A DNA stretch of 64,000 nucleotides from Thecamonas trahens ATCC 50062 (Eukaryota > Protista > Apusomonadida), in the NCBI RefSeq assembly GCF_000142905.1, contig NW_013657628.1:53451-117450 (forward strand), in the 5' to 3' direction. The position numbers and the translations under genes are program-made. The notes beneath the pieces were generated by a model. It was not told the origin of the DNA and did no database searches. It saw only the letters and a program-made list of their open reading frames with translations. Within the stretch, counting starts at the first letter, position 1; every line of letters begins with the position of its first letter. Shown one piece after another: positions 10,198 through 19,807 of this stretch.

Positions 10198-13100
10198 TTA
10201 CCGCTTCTCACGGACGCGGAGGACGAGGCCGAGCCAGGCGAGCACAAGCAGGCCGCCCCAGAGGACGTAGAGAACAACCATGTCGCGGACCATGGCGCCT
10301 TCATCGAGGGCATAGTTGTCGAGGATGACGTTGCCGTTGAGAAGGATCGGTGTAAAGCCCGAGGGGTTGAAGACCACCATCTGGTCGCGGAGCTCGTTGA
10401 CCATGAGCGCCTCAAACGCGTAGCCAAAGAACGAAAAGTAGCGGAGCCACGCAATGGCCGGGAGCATGCCGTCGGTGTTGATGAGGAAGCCGCCAAACAA
10501 CATCTGCGCGAGAAGCAGGAGGACCGCAATAAGCGAAGCCTGGCCCGACGACGAGGACCAGAGGCTCACTGCCGCTGTCTGCGCCGCCCCAGCGAGCGCC
10601 ACGCCGGCGAGCACAACCACAAAGTTGAAGAACTGCGCCGCGCTCTCCAGACGCAGGCCAACCATAAAGTAAACCACAATCGCGTAGACGCACGCCGGCA
10701 CCACCCGCAGCGGCAGCGCATCGACTACTGTCCGTGTCGTCAGCCACACACTCGATCCGTACCACCCGCCCGCACGCTCGCGGGTCATCAGCGCACGCCC
10801 GGCCCCGAATCCGTCCACGACAGAGAGTGAGCCAAACGAGAAGAGCGAGACAGAGAAGAACAAGATGCCGGCCTTGTCCTGCACTCCTGACAGGTCCTCC
10901 TCCACGTCAAAGTATACCACTCCGATGATGAGCCCAATCACCAGGGCCGCAGCCATGTGCGATCGCAGCAACAGCGGCCGCCGCACGAGCTCAAGCACTC
11001 CGCGGTGAAGGAGGACAAACGTCTGCCGCGCACACGCGTGCAGCCACTCCCGCGCCCGCGCCACCGCGCCCGGCTGTGCCTCATCCTCGTCTGCATTCGC
11101 GATCGCCGCCGGTGCAACTCGCGGACCCGACGCCGCCGCCGGTCGACGTGGCGCGTGGGTCGGTGCCTCCGCGCCGCCGCCAACTTCCGAGTACGAGTAC
11201 GAGTACGAGTAGAGCCCGTCGTCGCCAGTCTCCTCCTGCTCTTCGTCGAGCGACTCCCCGATCGCAGTCTGCTGCGTTGTCTCGACTACTGCGCCGCCAG
11301 CCTGGACAGCCGCAATCCGAGCTGCCTGCGCCGCCGCCAGCCGTGCTGCCGACGCCGCCTGTGTCTTGCGCTCGGCCGCGCGCGCTGCGGCCGCCTCGGA
11401 CGCCTCGGCAGATGCAGGTGCGGTCGCCTCGGCCACATCGGGGAGGCCACCGATCTCGGCCTCGTGCACGTCGACCGCCTGCAACGCGTCGATGAGTGAG
11501 TCAGTCGAGCCCAGCAGTGCAAGACGGGAGCTGACCGCCACCGGTTCCGGCTGGGCATGCGCAGTCACAACGTCCAGCGCAAAGTCGGCGGCGTTGAACC
11601 CAGGCGGAACGGGGAAACCTGCAGCTTCCAGCGCCTGCGGAAGTGCGGCAGGCGGTCCGTGGAATGCCCGCGCGCCCTCCACCAGCAGCAGCACAGAGTC
11701 GACCAGCTGAAAGATCGCAGACCGTGGCTGATGCAGCGAGCAGACCATGGTCGTCCCAGTCGCCGCCGCCAGCTTGGAGAGCATGGTCATAAGCGAGAGC
11801 GCCGCGCCGGCGTCCAGTCCAGACGTCGGCTCGTCGAGAAGCAGAACGGCCGGTGAGGTAACCAGCTGCGTTCCAATCGAGACACGCCGCAACTGTCCGC
11901 CCGAGAGCCCACGGGCCCCGTCGCCGTCGAGTGTTCCAATGAGCGAGTCTTCGACAGCAAGCAAGCCCAGAAGCTCGACAAGCGCATCGACCTTGTCAAC
12001 TACGTCAGTCAACGGCGTTCCAGGTGGAAGCTTAAGCAGCGCTGCCTCGATGAGCGCCTCGCGGACAGTGAGGTGCGCCGGCAGCGCGTCCTGCTGGAGC
12101 ACATAGCCAGAAATGGCCATGTACGAGCCGCCCAGGCCGACCACAGGCTTGCCTGCATACGCGACAACGCCCGAGAGCACACCCTCGCTCTTGCGCGCCG
12201 CAAGAATGTCCAGCAGCGTCGTCTTGCCAGCGCCTGACGCACCCATCAGCGCATGAACCTTGCCCGGCGCAAAGACGGCCGAGACCGCCTTGAGAATGCG
12301 GATGCCAAACAGTGAGTAGCCAATCGAAGACGCTGCAAGAACAGCCTTGCGCCGCCCGTCGTCTTGGCTCCCACCCACAACTGCCAGCGCCCGGCTGACC
12401 GCCATTGGCAGCGCCGACTTGCGGGCAGTCGATTTGCGGAAAGCGGCGCACCGCAGATAGACAACGCCAACCAGCGCCGCCGCGGTCAAGACCAGCGCCG
12501 CTACAGTAAGGCCCACCACTAGTCCGGGATTGACGTCGTCGGGCGCAATCTGCGGGCGCGTGCACGTCTGGGCCCCGCACGTGGCCCGGATAAACAGCGG
12601 AAGCTCGTTCTGTGAGATGAAGCACTCACCGGTGCCGCGGTCACAATCGACAAACGAACTGGACTGCATGTTGCGGAGAAGAGCAGTGAGCGAGTCGGAG
12701 CAATCAGTGCCTGAGCACGAGCACAAAGTCCGAGCGCACTGCGTCACCGTCTTTCGCTGGGACGACGACTGCGAACAGCCAGTAAACTCGCAGTGGAAGA
12801 TGTGTGGCACGCCAGCAGACGTCTCAAACACATCCAGATCACATGAGCGGGTCTCGGCGTTACACACGTACGCCACTGCCCCGCCGCCGAGCTGCTCGAC
12901 CGAAAACGCATCAGTGAGCACGCAATCGAGCGCGTAGCCACGGGAGACTTGCTGGCTGCTCCCGATTCCGTCGCCCACAGCAAACTGCGGCGGCATGTCC
13001 GTCCATTTGAACGCTGCCGTGCACGTCGTGCCCGGAGTGGTGCACGCGTCGGACGAGACGCACTGCGAGCACTGCACGCCCTCCCATCCTTCCGCGCACC

Positions 13101-13752
13101 CACACCGCGGCACTGTCTCCGTCCCCGACACATCATCGACCACACAGCTGGCATTTCCGCCATTGAAGCACTTGACCCACCTCGCATCGTCATCGTATGC
13201 CGCCGAGCACGACGGAACAGTCGCGCGAGCCGCAACCGGCCTACCCTCTTCGCTCCCGATCGCTGCCAAACCTGTGCCTGTCTCCACAAGCGCCATACCA
13301 GACTCGTCTTCAGCCTCGATCTCGCCCTTGACCTTGACCTGTGTCCGAGCCCCAGCACCGAGCCCAGCCTTGCCCTCCAGCCCAACCTCGCCCTCGATCG
13401 CCACTGCGCCGTCGATTATCGCCTCCTTTCCAGCCTCCGCCGCCGCATCAACCATCTCCACTCTGTCGCTCGCCTCTGGCATGTTGCCAACTGACCGGCG
13501 CGCCATCTGACGAATGACATCGTTGGTTGGAGCTGCAGCGGGAGTAGTGCCACCGACGGCAGCAGCAGCAGCAGCAGCAGTGGCGGCAGCAGCAGGGGCA
13601 GCAGCAGCAACAGCGGCGGCAGTAGGAGCAGGAGCAGGAGCAGGGGCAGCCGTGGCGGGAGAGGGGACGACGACGAGCATGGCGACTACCACTGCTACCA
13701 CCGCTACCGCAGCGACCATAGCGGAGGGTGCTGTTCGTGGTGTGCTTGCCAT
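10198..13752 (-). CDS. ABCG half-transporter with N-terminal cysteine-rich EGF-like ectodomain (ADP1-like)
   Basis: Signal peptide; CFNGGN..CGCAEGWEGVQC; TM helix; Walker A GASGAGKTT; signature LSGGQ; Walker B LLLDEPTSGLD; SLHQPR; C-terminal 6-TM ABC2 domain. Confidence 0.93.
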   Translation of the reverse strand: MASTPRTAPSAMVAAVAVVAVVVAMLVVVPSPATAAPAPAPAPTAAAVAAAAPAAAATAAAAAAAVGGTTPAAAPTNDVIRQMARRSVGNMPEASDRVEMVDAAAEAGKEAIIDGAVAIEGEVGLEGKAGLGAGARTQVKVKGEIEAEDESGMALVETGTGLAAIGSEEGRPVAARATVPSCSAAYDDDARWVKCFNGGNASCVVDDVSGTETVPRCGCAEGWEGVQCSQCVSSDACTTPGTTCTAAFKWTDMPPQFAVGDGIGSSQQVSRGYALDCVLTDAFSVEQLGGGAVAYVCNAETRSCDLDVFETSAGVPHIFHCEFTGCSQSSSQRKTVTQCARTLCSCSGTDCSDSLTALLRNMQSSSFVDCDRGTGECFISQNELPLFIRATCGAQTCTRPQIAPDDVNPGLVVGLTVAALVLTAAALVGVVYLRCAAFRKSTARKSALPMAVSRALAVVGGSQDDGRRKAVLAASSIGYSLFGIRILKAVSAVFAPGKVHALMGASGAGKTTLLDILAARKSEGVLSGVVAYAGKPVVGLGGSYMAISGYVLQQDALPAHLTVREALIEAALLKLPPGTPLTDVVDKVDALVELLGLLAVEDSLIGTLDGDGARGLSGGQLRRVSIGTQLVTSPAVLLLDEPTSGLDAGAALSLMTMLSKLAAATGTTMVCSLHQPRSAIFQLVDSVLLLVEGARAFHGPPAALPQALEAAGFPVPPGFNAADFALDVVTAHAQPEPVAVSSRLALLGSTDSLIDALQAVDVHEAEIGGLPDVAEATAPASAEASEAAAARAAERKTQAASAARLAAAQAARIAAVQAGGAVVETTQQTAIGESLDEEQEETGDDGLYSYSYSYSEVGGGAEAPTHAPRRPAAASGPRVAPAAIANADEDEAQPGAVARAREWLHACARQTFVLLHRGVLELVRRPLLLRSHMAAALVIGLIIGVVYFDVEEDLSGVQDKAGILFFSVSLFSFGSLSVVDGFGAGRALMTRERAGGWYGSSVWLTTRTVVDALPLRVVPACVYAIVVYFMVGLRLESAAQFFNFVVVLAGVALAGAAQTAAVSLWSSSSGQASLIAVLLLLAQMLFGGFLINTDGMLPAIAWLRYFSFFGYAFEALMVNELRDQMVVFNPSGFTPILLNGNVILDNYALDEGAMVRDMVVLYVLWGGLLVLAWLGLVLRVREKR

Positions 13753-13927
13753 GGCTATGGGTGGAGTGGTGGATGAGGTCGTGCGGGGAACGGTGCCGCA
13801 TTCGGTGGCTGACGTCGCTTTGCGGAAGGATCGGCCGAATGGCAGGCGGCGGCGGGCGGCGGCGGGGGCACCGACCGGTAGCAGGGCAGCGGGTGGTGAG
13901 GTGGAGAGCGATCATCATGGCTGTTCT

Positions 13928-16900
13928 TCAATATTGGGACCAATTCGAGTACTCATCGTCTGTTCCGCCACCGTAGCAATCCAAGGCGTCGATGTTGACC
14001 ATGGCTGGCCCAACGTCGGGAGGAAAGAGGTTCGAGTGACCTACAAAGTGGAGGATGCGGTCGAGCTCGAGCAGTTCCTGCTCGACGATCATGATGGCGG
14101 CGTCGAGCTCGCGGTCTTGCCGATTGTGGGGCGCAGCCCGGGCCCGGCTCCGCTGGGCGGCACGGAGCACAGCAGCTGCCGAGCTTGAGGACTCGAGGTG
14201 CGAGCGGATGGCGGGCGAGGCGCTGCCGAGCTGGGCGAGGAGCCGGTCGGCGTAGAACGACGCAGGGTCGCCGGTCGTGGCCTGGGCGTCGAAGATGGCC
14301 CGGATGTCGACAAAGGCAACCTGCGACGCAGCCGCGATGCCCATGTCCGAGACACAGTAGTGACAGGTGTTGACGCCAATCTGCGGTGCCGGTGGCACGT
14401 ACGTGGCCTCGGCGCCGACGTCGGCGAGGGCGTGGACCACATTGGCTTCTCGCGCCTTGCGCCGCCGCCGCCGGAACCGCTTGAGCGCCGATGCCCGCGA
14501 CCGCAGCCGGTGCAGCTTCTTCCGTGCCGCTCGCGACATGGCGGCCTCGCGGGCCCGGTCCACCGCCTCGGACAGCGTTGCGTTGATCCGCGCCGACTCT
14601 ACTCGCGAGAGGTCAATGGACTCGTCCGTCTCGCCCGCCTCCGACGGCGGCGCAGTCGACGCCTCGTCGACCATCGAAAGCATGCCCCGGAGCGACGGTG
14701 GCTTGCTCAATAGCGTCGATCGGAGCGCCATCAGCGGCGCATCCGCAAACGGCATCCACTCGTCGGCCCCCTCGGATTTGTCCGGCGTGAGCACAATGGC
14801 GTCGACACTTGTCACGTTGCGGACAGAGTCCCACGAGGTCACAAACGTGCCGCGGAGCCCGCACTCGTTGGGAGCGTCCACCACACGCGCCACACGCTCC
14901 ACAAGCGCTCCAGCGAGGCCCGAGTACACCTCGAGGTACAACTCGTAGCAGACCACAAAGAACGCACCCATCGGGAGGAACGCCCGCGGCACAGACGTCC
15001 ACCAAATGTTAGAGAACGACCGATCCACAAGCCCGGCTTCGTTGAGGAGCACCCCGTACGTTGGGTACGCCACCAGCATGCCCGTCGAGAGCCGCAGCGT
15101 AGCAATCGCCATCGTCTCAAACGACGTCGACCGCGTCAGCTCGACTGTCTTGGGTCCTGCTCGTCCAAACAGCTCCACAAAGTAAAAGCCCGGCGCGCCG
15201 TGTGCCGCAGTGCTACCAGAGAACGTCACTCCGGCGTTCTCGCTCACAGCACTGTCGTCGCCCGAGAGGCAGAGGCCGGCTCGGGCCCCGGCGAGCGCCG
15301 AGTCCAACGGGTCTGCCACGCCCCGCGACGACTTGCGACGAAAGAACGAGCGCGACGACGATAAGGCGCTGACCCGCCGCTCGCGCCGCTCAGTCTCAAG
15401 CCGCTCGCTCAGCGCGACAAACTCGAGCAGCGCCGCAGAGCTGTCGTGCGCCTCACCACCGGCCGGCACCCCAGCTGCTGCAACGCTGGGCCCAGCACCG
15501 GCAAACTCTTCAAACGCCGGTGCACCCGCAAGCACCGCACGCTCACCAGACGTCGCCACAAACAATCCGCGCTCGGTGAGGCAGATCGAGCAGATGGTCG
15601 AGGGCATGCGGATGCGTGCAAGTGGCTCAAAGGCGATGGTCGAGGCGTCAAAGACAACAACCCCCTCGCCGCGGCCGACCACCACCGCAACCACATTGCG
15701 CGAGTCCACCACGCCCCAGGTAAAGTAAGTCGGTCGCTGTGGTGTGAGCATGACCACCGTCGGGTCGCCGCCGCGGAACAGCTCGCGCATCGTGATGGCA
15801 AACATGTTGTCTTGCGGCGGCGCTGTCCGCAGGTACAGCACGCCGAGCACGCTATCGACACCGAGCTGGACAACGTTGCGGAGCGAGACAACCTTGCGCG
15901 GCTCAGTGCCGGTCTGGTGGAGAAAGACCCCGTCAGCAGTGCCAAAGAAAACAAACGGGCCCACAGAGTCAAAGGTGTCGATGTGGCCCGGAAAGTCGGC
16001 GAGGACGGGGACAAAGGCAACGCCGCTTCCGCGCGCCGCTGACGGAGAGGGAAATCCCGCGCCCGGTGCGTACGGCGCGATCCGCGCCTTGACCGGCTGC
16101 CACACGCCTCGCGGCACGTCGTGTGCCTCGCTGCTGGCCTTGCTGTGGAAGAGCTCCAAGTACGTCGCGCGCGTCCGCCGTTCGCGGACCAGAAACTCGG
16201 GTGACGCGCATGCCGCCGTCGACGCGTTGATGGCCTTGGTGAGGAGGAAGGCGGCAAAGCCGGCGTTGCGTGGATAGAGTGCCGCCGCCGGTGGGCCAAA
16301 CGCTGGCACGCCCTTGTTGCGAGCAACTGCCACCCGGTAGTACGCCGCGCCCTGGTACGTTATCGGCGAGACCACAAGCAGCACGTTGGTGTACTCGGAA
16401 GTGAGCGCACTGCCCGAGAACAGCGTGTGCTCGTCTTCGACAAAGACAACCACCACAATATCGTTGCCGATGAACCGCTTCCGCTGGATCCGCTGCTCGT
16501 CGGTCTCGTCGTACTGCAACTCGGTCGAAACGTGGAACATAATCTCCACACCCTCAAAGTTGGCCACGTGGTACGAGTACTCGCCAGAGCCATCGTGCTC
16601 GGTGTCGAGCTGTGCCGAGTACCCCCCAAAGCCCTTGAGCCGGACCTTCTGTGCCATAAGCCCGAGAAACTCGTCGAACAGTGACGTGGTCTCCCGGTTC
16701 GAGTACATGTCGTTCTCCACGGTCTGCCCGGCAGTCACCAGCAACGCCCCGAGCTTGAGCTTGGGCTCGGCCTCGGGCGTCTCGAGCCGCACGAGCTCGG
16801 CAACAAGCGCCGCATCGGCGGGCACTTTGGGATCGATCTCGCGCATACGGAACGATTTGGTGGCGTCAGGTGTTGCCCAGTCTGGCGAGAGCCGCGCAAG

Positions 16901-18046
16901 GAGCTGCGGCACCGTCATCGCCTCGTCCGGCGGCGTCGGAAGCGCAAGGTACCGAATCGAAGCCTTGGTGAAGACCACCGTCCAGTAGACTAGGAGCGGT
17001 CGGCCACGGTGCCCGGCCTGCTCCGACGCGAGAATGGCAACCACGCTCGGCGTGATCCGGCCCGTTGGTGACGAGATGAGCACCACATGCCGCGAGGTGG
17101 CAAACAGCGACGCATACTGGCCCACCAGCTCGGGCGGGTTCTCTTGCAAGTAGTTGGCCGGGTTGGACGCTGGCTCGTCGTCGACCGCCACCAGCGCCGT
17201 CTCGACCGTCATCCGGGTGCCAGGCTCAAAGAGCGGCGTCCACCCGCGGGCTTCTGCCACTTCAACTCGGCAATCAATCGGCGGCGCATACACTGACCGC
17301 GCTGCCTTGACCGCATATGTCTCGTTGATTTCATACACGACCATGACCCGCACCGCCAGATCCTCCAGCGACATCACGCCCTGTGAGTTTGTCGACGCGT
17401 CCATGACCGCGTGCGCAGTGATCTCCTGCGCCGACGCTGTCGAGTTGCACCGCTTCACCGGCGACGGCTCCGACTGTGAGAGCGGAAGCCAAGTGAGGAT
17501 ACACTCGCCGGTCTCGCTCAGCTTCCGTAACGGCAGCTGCAGGGCGGCCATACCGACGAGAACGTCCGCACCGAGTACCCGATGATCATACACCTCGATC
17601 TGAAGCAGGCCAGAGTCATCCAGCGCCTCGCCATCCTCTCTCAGACAAACCCGATAGTACGCATGCAGGACCGGTGCCCCAGCTGCATCACGAGTCGCTG
17701 GCGGTGGCGGGAGGACATGAACCATCTCCAGCACCGGCGCTGTCTTGGCACCATCAACCTCGACCTCTCCATCACCATCCGCACCACTATTCCTTCCATC
17801 GGCACGCCCTATGTCATCATCATCGCTCCCTCGTCCACCTCTGTTGCTTCCCCCTTGACTCTGCCTGTCGTCTCGGCTCCCGCCGTCGTCAGAGCCGCCA
17901 CCACCACCACCACCACCACCAACACCACCGCCGTTTGCGCGGTGTGTGACAAGCGAGGCCTTGACCACTGCGTTAGTCTTGGCACCCAGCCCACGGAGCG
18001 AAATGAGCCCTATGAGCACATGCGCATGCTCGCCGCCTTTGCTCAT
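13928..18046 (-). CDS. C2-like + Rap GTPase-activating + CNH domain protein (GARNL3-like)
   Basis: EIMFHVST and RKRFIGNDIVVVVF with the catalytic Asn; CNH-like beta region (FFGTADGVF, IWWTSVPRAF); N-terminal C2-like IEVYDHRVLGADVLVG. Confidence 0.88.
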   Translation of the reverse strand: MSKGGEHAHVLIGLISLRGLGAKTNAVVKASLVTHRANGGGVGGGGGGGGGSDDGGSRDDRQSQGGSNRGGRGSDDDDIGRADGRNSGADGDGEVEVDGAKTAPVLEMVHVLPPPPATRDAAGAPVLHAYYRVCLREDGEALDDSGLLQIEVYDHRVLGADVLVGMAALQLPLRKLSETGECILTWLPLSQSEPSPVKRCNSTASAQEITAHAVMDASTNSQGVMSLEDLAVRVMVVYEINETYAVKAARSVYAPPIDCRVEVAEARGWTPLFEPGTRMTVETALVAVDDEPASNPANYLQENPPELVGQYASLFATSRHVVLISSPTGRITPSVVAILASEQAGHRGRPLLVYWTVVFTKASIRYLALPTPPDEAMTVPQLLARLSPDWATPDATKSFRMREIDPKVPADAALVAELVRLETPEAEPKLKLGALLVTAGQTVENDMYSNRETTSLFDEFLGLMAQKVRLKGFGGYSAQLDTEHDGSGEYSYHVANFEGVEIMFHVSTELQYDETDEQRIQRKRFIGNDIVVVVFVEDEHTLFSGSALTSEYTNVLLVVSPITYQGAAYYRVAVARNKGVPAFGPPAAALYPRNAGFAAFLLTKAINASTAACASPEFLVRERRTRATYLELFHSKASSEAHDVPRGVWQPVKARIAPYAPGAGFPSPSAARGSGVAFVPVLADFPGHIDTFDSVGPFVFFGTADGVFLHQTGTEPRKVVSLRNVVQLGVDSVLGVLYLRTAPPQDNMFAITMRELFRGGDPTVVMLTPQRPTYFTWGVVDSRNVVAVVVGRGEGVVVFDASTIAFEPLARIRMPSTICSICLTERGLFVATSGERAVLAGAPAFEEFAGAGPSVAAAGVPAGGEAHDSSAALLEFVALSERLETERRERRVSALSSSRSFFRRKSSRGVADPLDSALAGARAGLCLSGDDSAVSENAGVTFSGSTAAHGAPGFYFVELFGRAGPKTVELTRSTSFETMAIATLRLSTGMLVAYPTYGVLLNEAGLVDRSFSNIWWTSVPRAFLPMGAFFVVCYELYLEVYSGLAGALVERVARVVDAPNECGLRGTFVTSWDSVRNVTSVDAIVLTPDKSEGADEWMPFADAPLMALRSTLLSKPPSLRGMLSMVDEASTAPPSEAGETDESIDLSRVESARINATLSEAVDRAREAAMSRAARKKLHRLRSRASALKRFRRRRRKAREANVVHALADVGAEATYVPPAPQIGVNTCHYCVSDMGIAAASQVAFVDIRAIFDAQATTGDPASFYADRLLAQLGSASPAIRSHLESSSSAAAVLRAAQRSRARAAPHNRQDRELDAAIMIVEQELLELDRILHFVGHSNLFPPDVGPAMVNIDALDCYGGGTDDEYSNWSQY

Positions 18047-18291
18047 TCCTGGGATGGAGGGGGAGGGGGGGGGGGGGGGGGGGAGGTGAGGTGGTTGTTC
18101 TCGTTGTCGTGCGGCTGGTAACTGACGCGGGTCTGGGTTGGTCGGCCGGTCGGCCGGGGCAAGCTGGGCGGGTTGGGCGGGTTGGGCAGGCCGACTTTGG
18201 CTGGCCCGGCTGGCGGATCGGACGGATCGGATGGATCGATGTGGATGGCTCGCCTGCGTAGTTGATCGCGGCTGTTGGTTGCTGTCGGCAT

Positions 18292-18292
<1 letters not shown>

Positions 18293-18330
<38 letters not shown>

Positions 18331-18340
18331 ATGTGTGTGT
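18293..18340. repeat. (TG)n/(CA)n microsatellite
   Basis: Direct observation. Confidence 0.95.
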
Positions 18341-18429
18341 TACTTTCGGCTCGGTCGATCGGCCTCGACAGCAGTCACCGATGCCTGCGCCTCAGCCTGG
18401 CCGCCGCAACCGTCGGGCGCAAACCCGGT

Positions 18430-19482
18430 TCACAAGTGCTCGGGATCGACGGCGGGGTGCGCAAGGAGAAGATCGACAATGTCGCGATGACGCCGCTGGG
18501 ACGCGCGCCGGAGTGCTTCCGTCCGCCGGGCGGTGGGATCGACCCGCGGATCGGCGAGGAGAAGCGCAACGACAGCAGTGTGCCCGCCTGCCGCCGCGTT
18601 GCGGAGTGCGGCGTTTTCATGCGCCTGTGGAGATATGGCCGGATGAGCAATGAGGAGTTTGGCGACGCCGAGCCGCCCGCGAGTGCATGCTTTGAGGAAC
18701 GCCAAATTGCCGCGGAGGGCGAGATTGACGCGGGCGTCAGCGATGAGCGCAGCGACGACGTCGTCGTGGCCGGCTGTCGCGGCCTCGACGAGCGCAGCAT
18801 TGCTCTGGGTGCCCGGATCGACCAAAGGCGACGCGAGGAGCAAGCGCACAATGCCGCATAAGTTGTCACTTGCCGCCGCGACCAGTGCCGCGTTGTTCCG
18901 AGTCCCGGGATCGACTTCCGGATGCGCGAGCAGCTCGCGCGTGGCCGGCTCGGATCCAGAATACACCGCGCACAGGATGGCGTCGTTGTTGTGGTCGGAC
19001 GGATCAACATCGCTCCGCGTCAGCAGCAGCCGCATGAGCTCGACATTGCCTGCTGCCGCCGCCCGCCGCAGCACAGTATTGGCATCGGCCCCGGCATCGA
19101 TGCCGTCGTCAGCCAACAGCGATGTGGCCAGCTCACGGGCGCCGGTCTCTTCCGCAAGCGCCCCGACATCGGCCAATGCACATAGCGCCGACCACCGATC
19201 ATCAACCACTGTGGAGCCAATGTTGAACGGCAAGTTGATGACGCGACGATGATCAAAGTTGCCCGCTGCCAGCGCCAGCCGCGCACTACGCCAGCGCCCG
19301 GCCGCGGCATTTAGGGCCACACCTCCCAAAGCCGCCCAGCGAAGCCGCACATACTCGGACGAGGTGAAGAGGACAGAGAACCGGCGGCAGGCGCATGCTA
19401 GTGAGAGCACATCGCCCTGAGAGAGCACATGCGTCTCCAGCGCGATGTACAGAATCAGCTCGTTCGGCAGCGTGTCGAGCAT
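18430..19482 (-). CDS. F-box-like + ankyrin-repeat protein
   Basis: N-terminal LDTLPNELILYIA..LSLACACRRF; about 7 repeats of the type DPxxxNNxALxxAAxxGHxxVVxLLL. Confidence 0.85.
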   Translation of the reverse strand: MLDTLPNELILYIALETHVLSQGDVLSLACACRRFSVLFTSSEYVRLRWAALGGVALNAAAGRWRSARLALAAGNFDHRRVINLPFNIGSTVVDDRWSALCALADVGALAEETGARELATSLLADDGIDAGADANTVLRRAAAAGNVELMRLLLTRSDVDPSDHNNDAILCAVYSGSEPATRELLAHPEVDPGTRNNAALVAAASDNLCGIVRLLLASPLVDPGTQSNAALVEAATAGHDDVVAALIADARVNLALRGNLAFLKACTRGRLGVAKLLIAHPAISPQAHENAALRNAAAGGHTAVVALLLADPRVDPTARRTEALRRASQRRHRDIVDLLLAHPAVDPEHL

Positions 19483-19807
19483 TGTTCCTCTCGTCCGGAT
19501 ATGGGCCGAGACGAGTGCCCTGCCAATAGATGCCTACGGTCAAACGCCGGCTCGCTTCGCTGCGGAGCATGTGGTCGCAGCTCCGGTCAGCCTTCCGATA
19601 AAAGTGCCGGACTCAGATCCCCGAGTGTGTGGCTGCTTGAGTCACGAGGTGCTCACTTTAAGCGACGGTTGTTTCGCAGCTCTCTGATCGGCTGCCGATC
19701 AGAGTGTGTGGGTGCTTGGGCTGGATCTACTTGTCGCGGGCCGAGGACCATCCGCCGGCACGCGACTCGCCAGGCTATGGCTCCCTGCTACCAAAGCTGG
19801 GGTAGTC

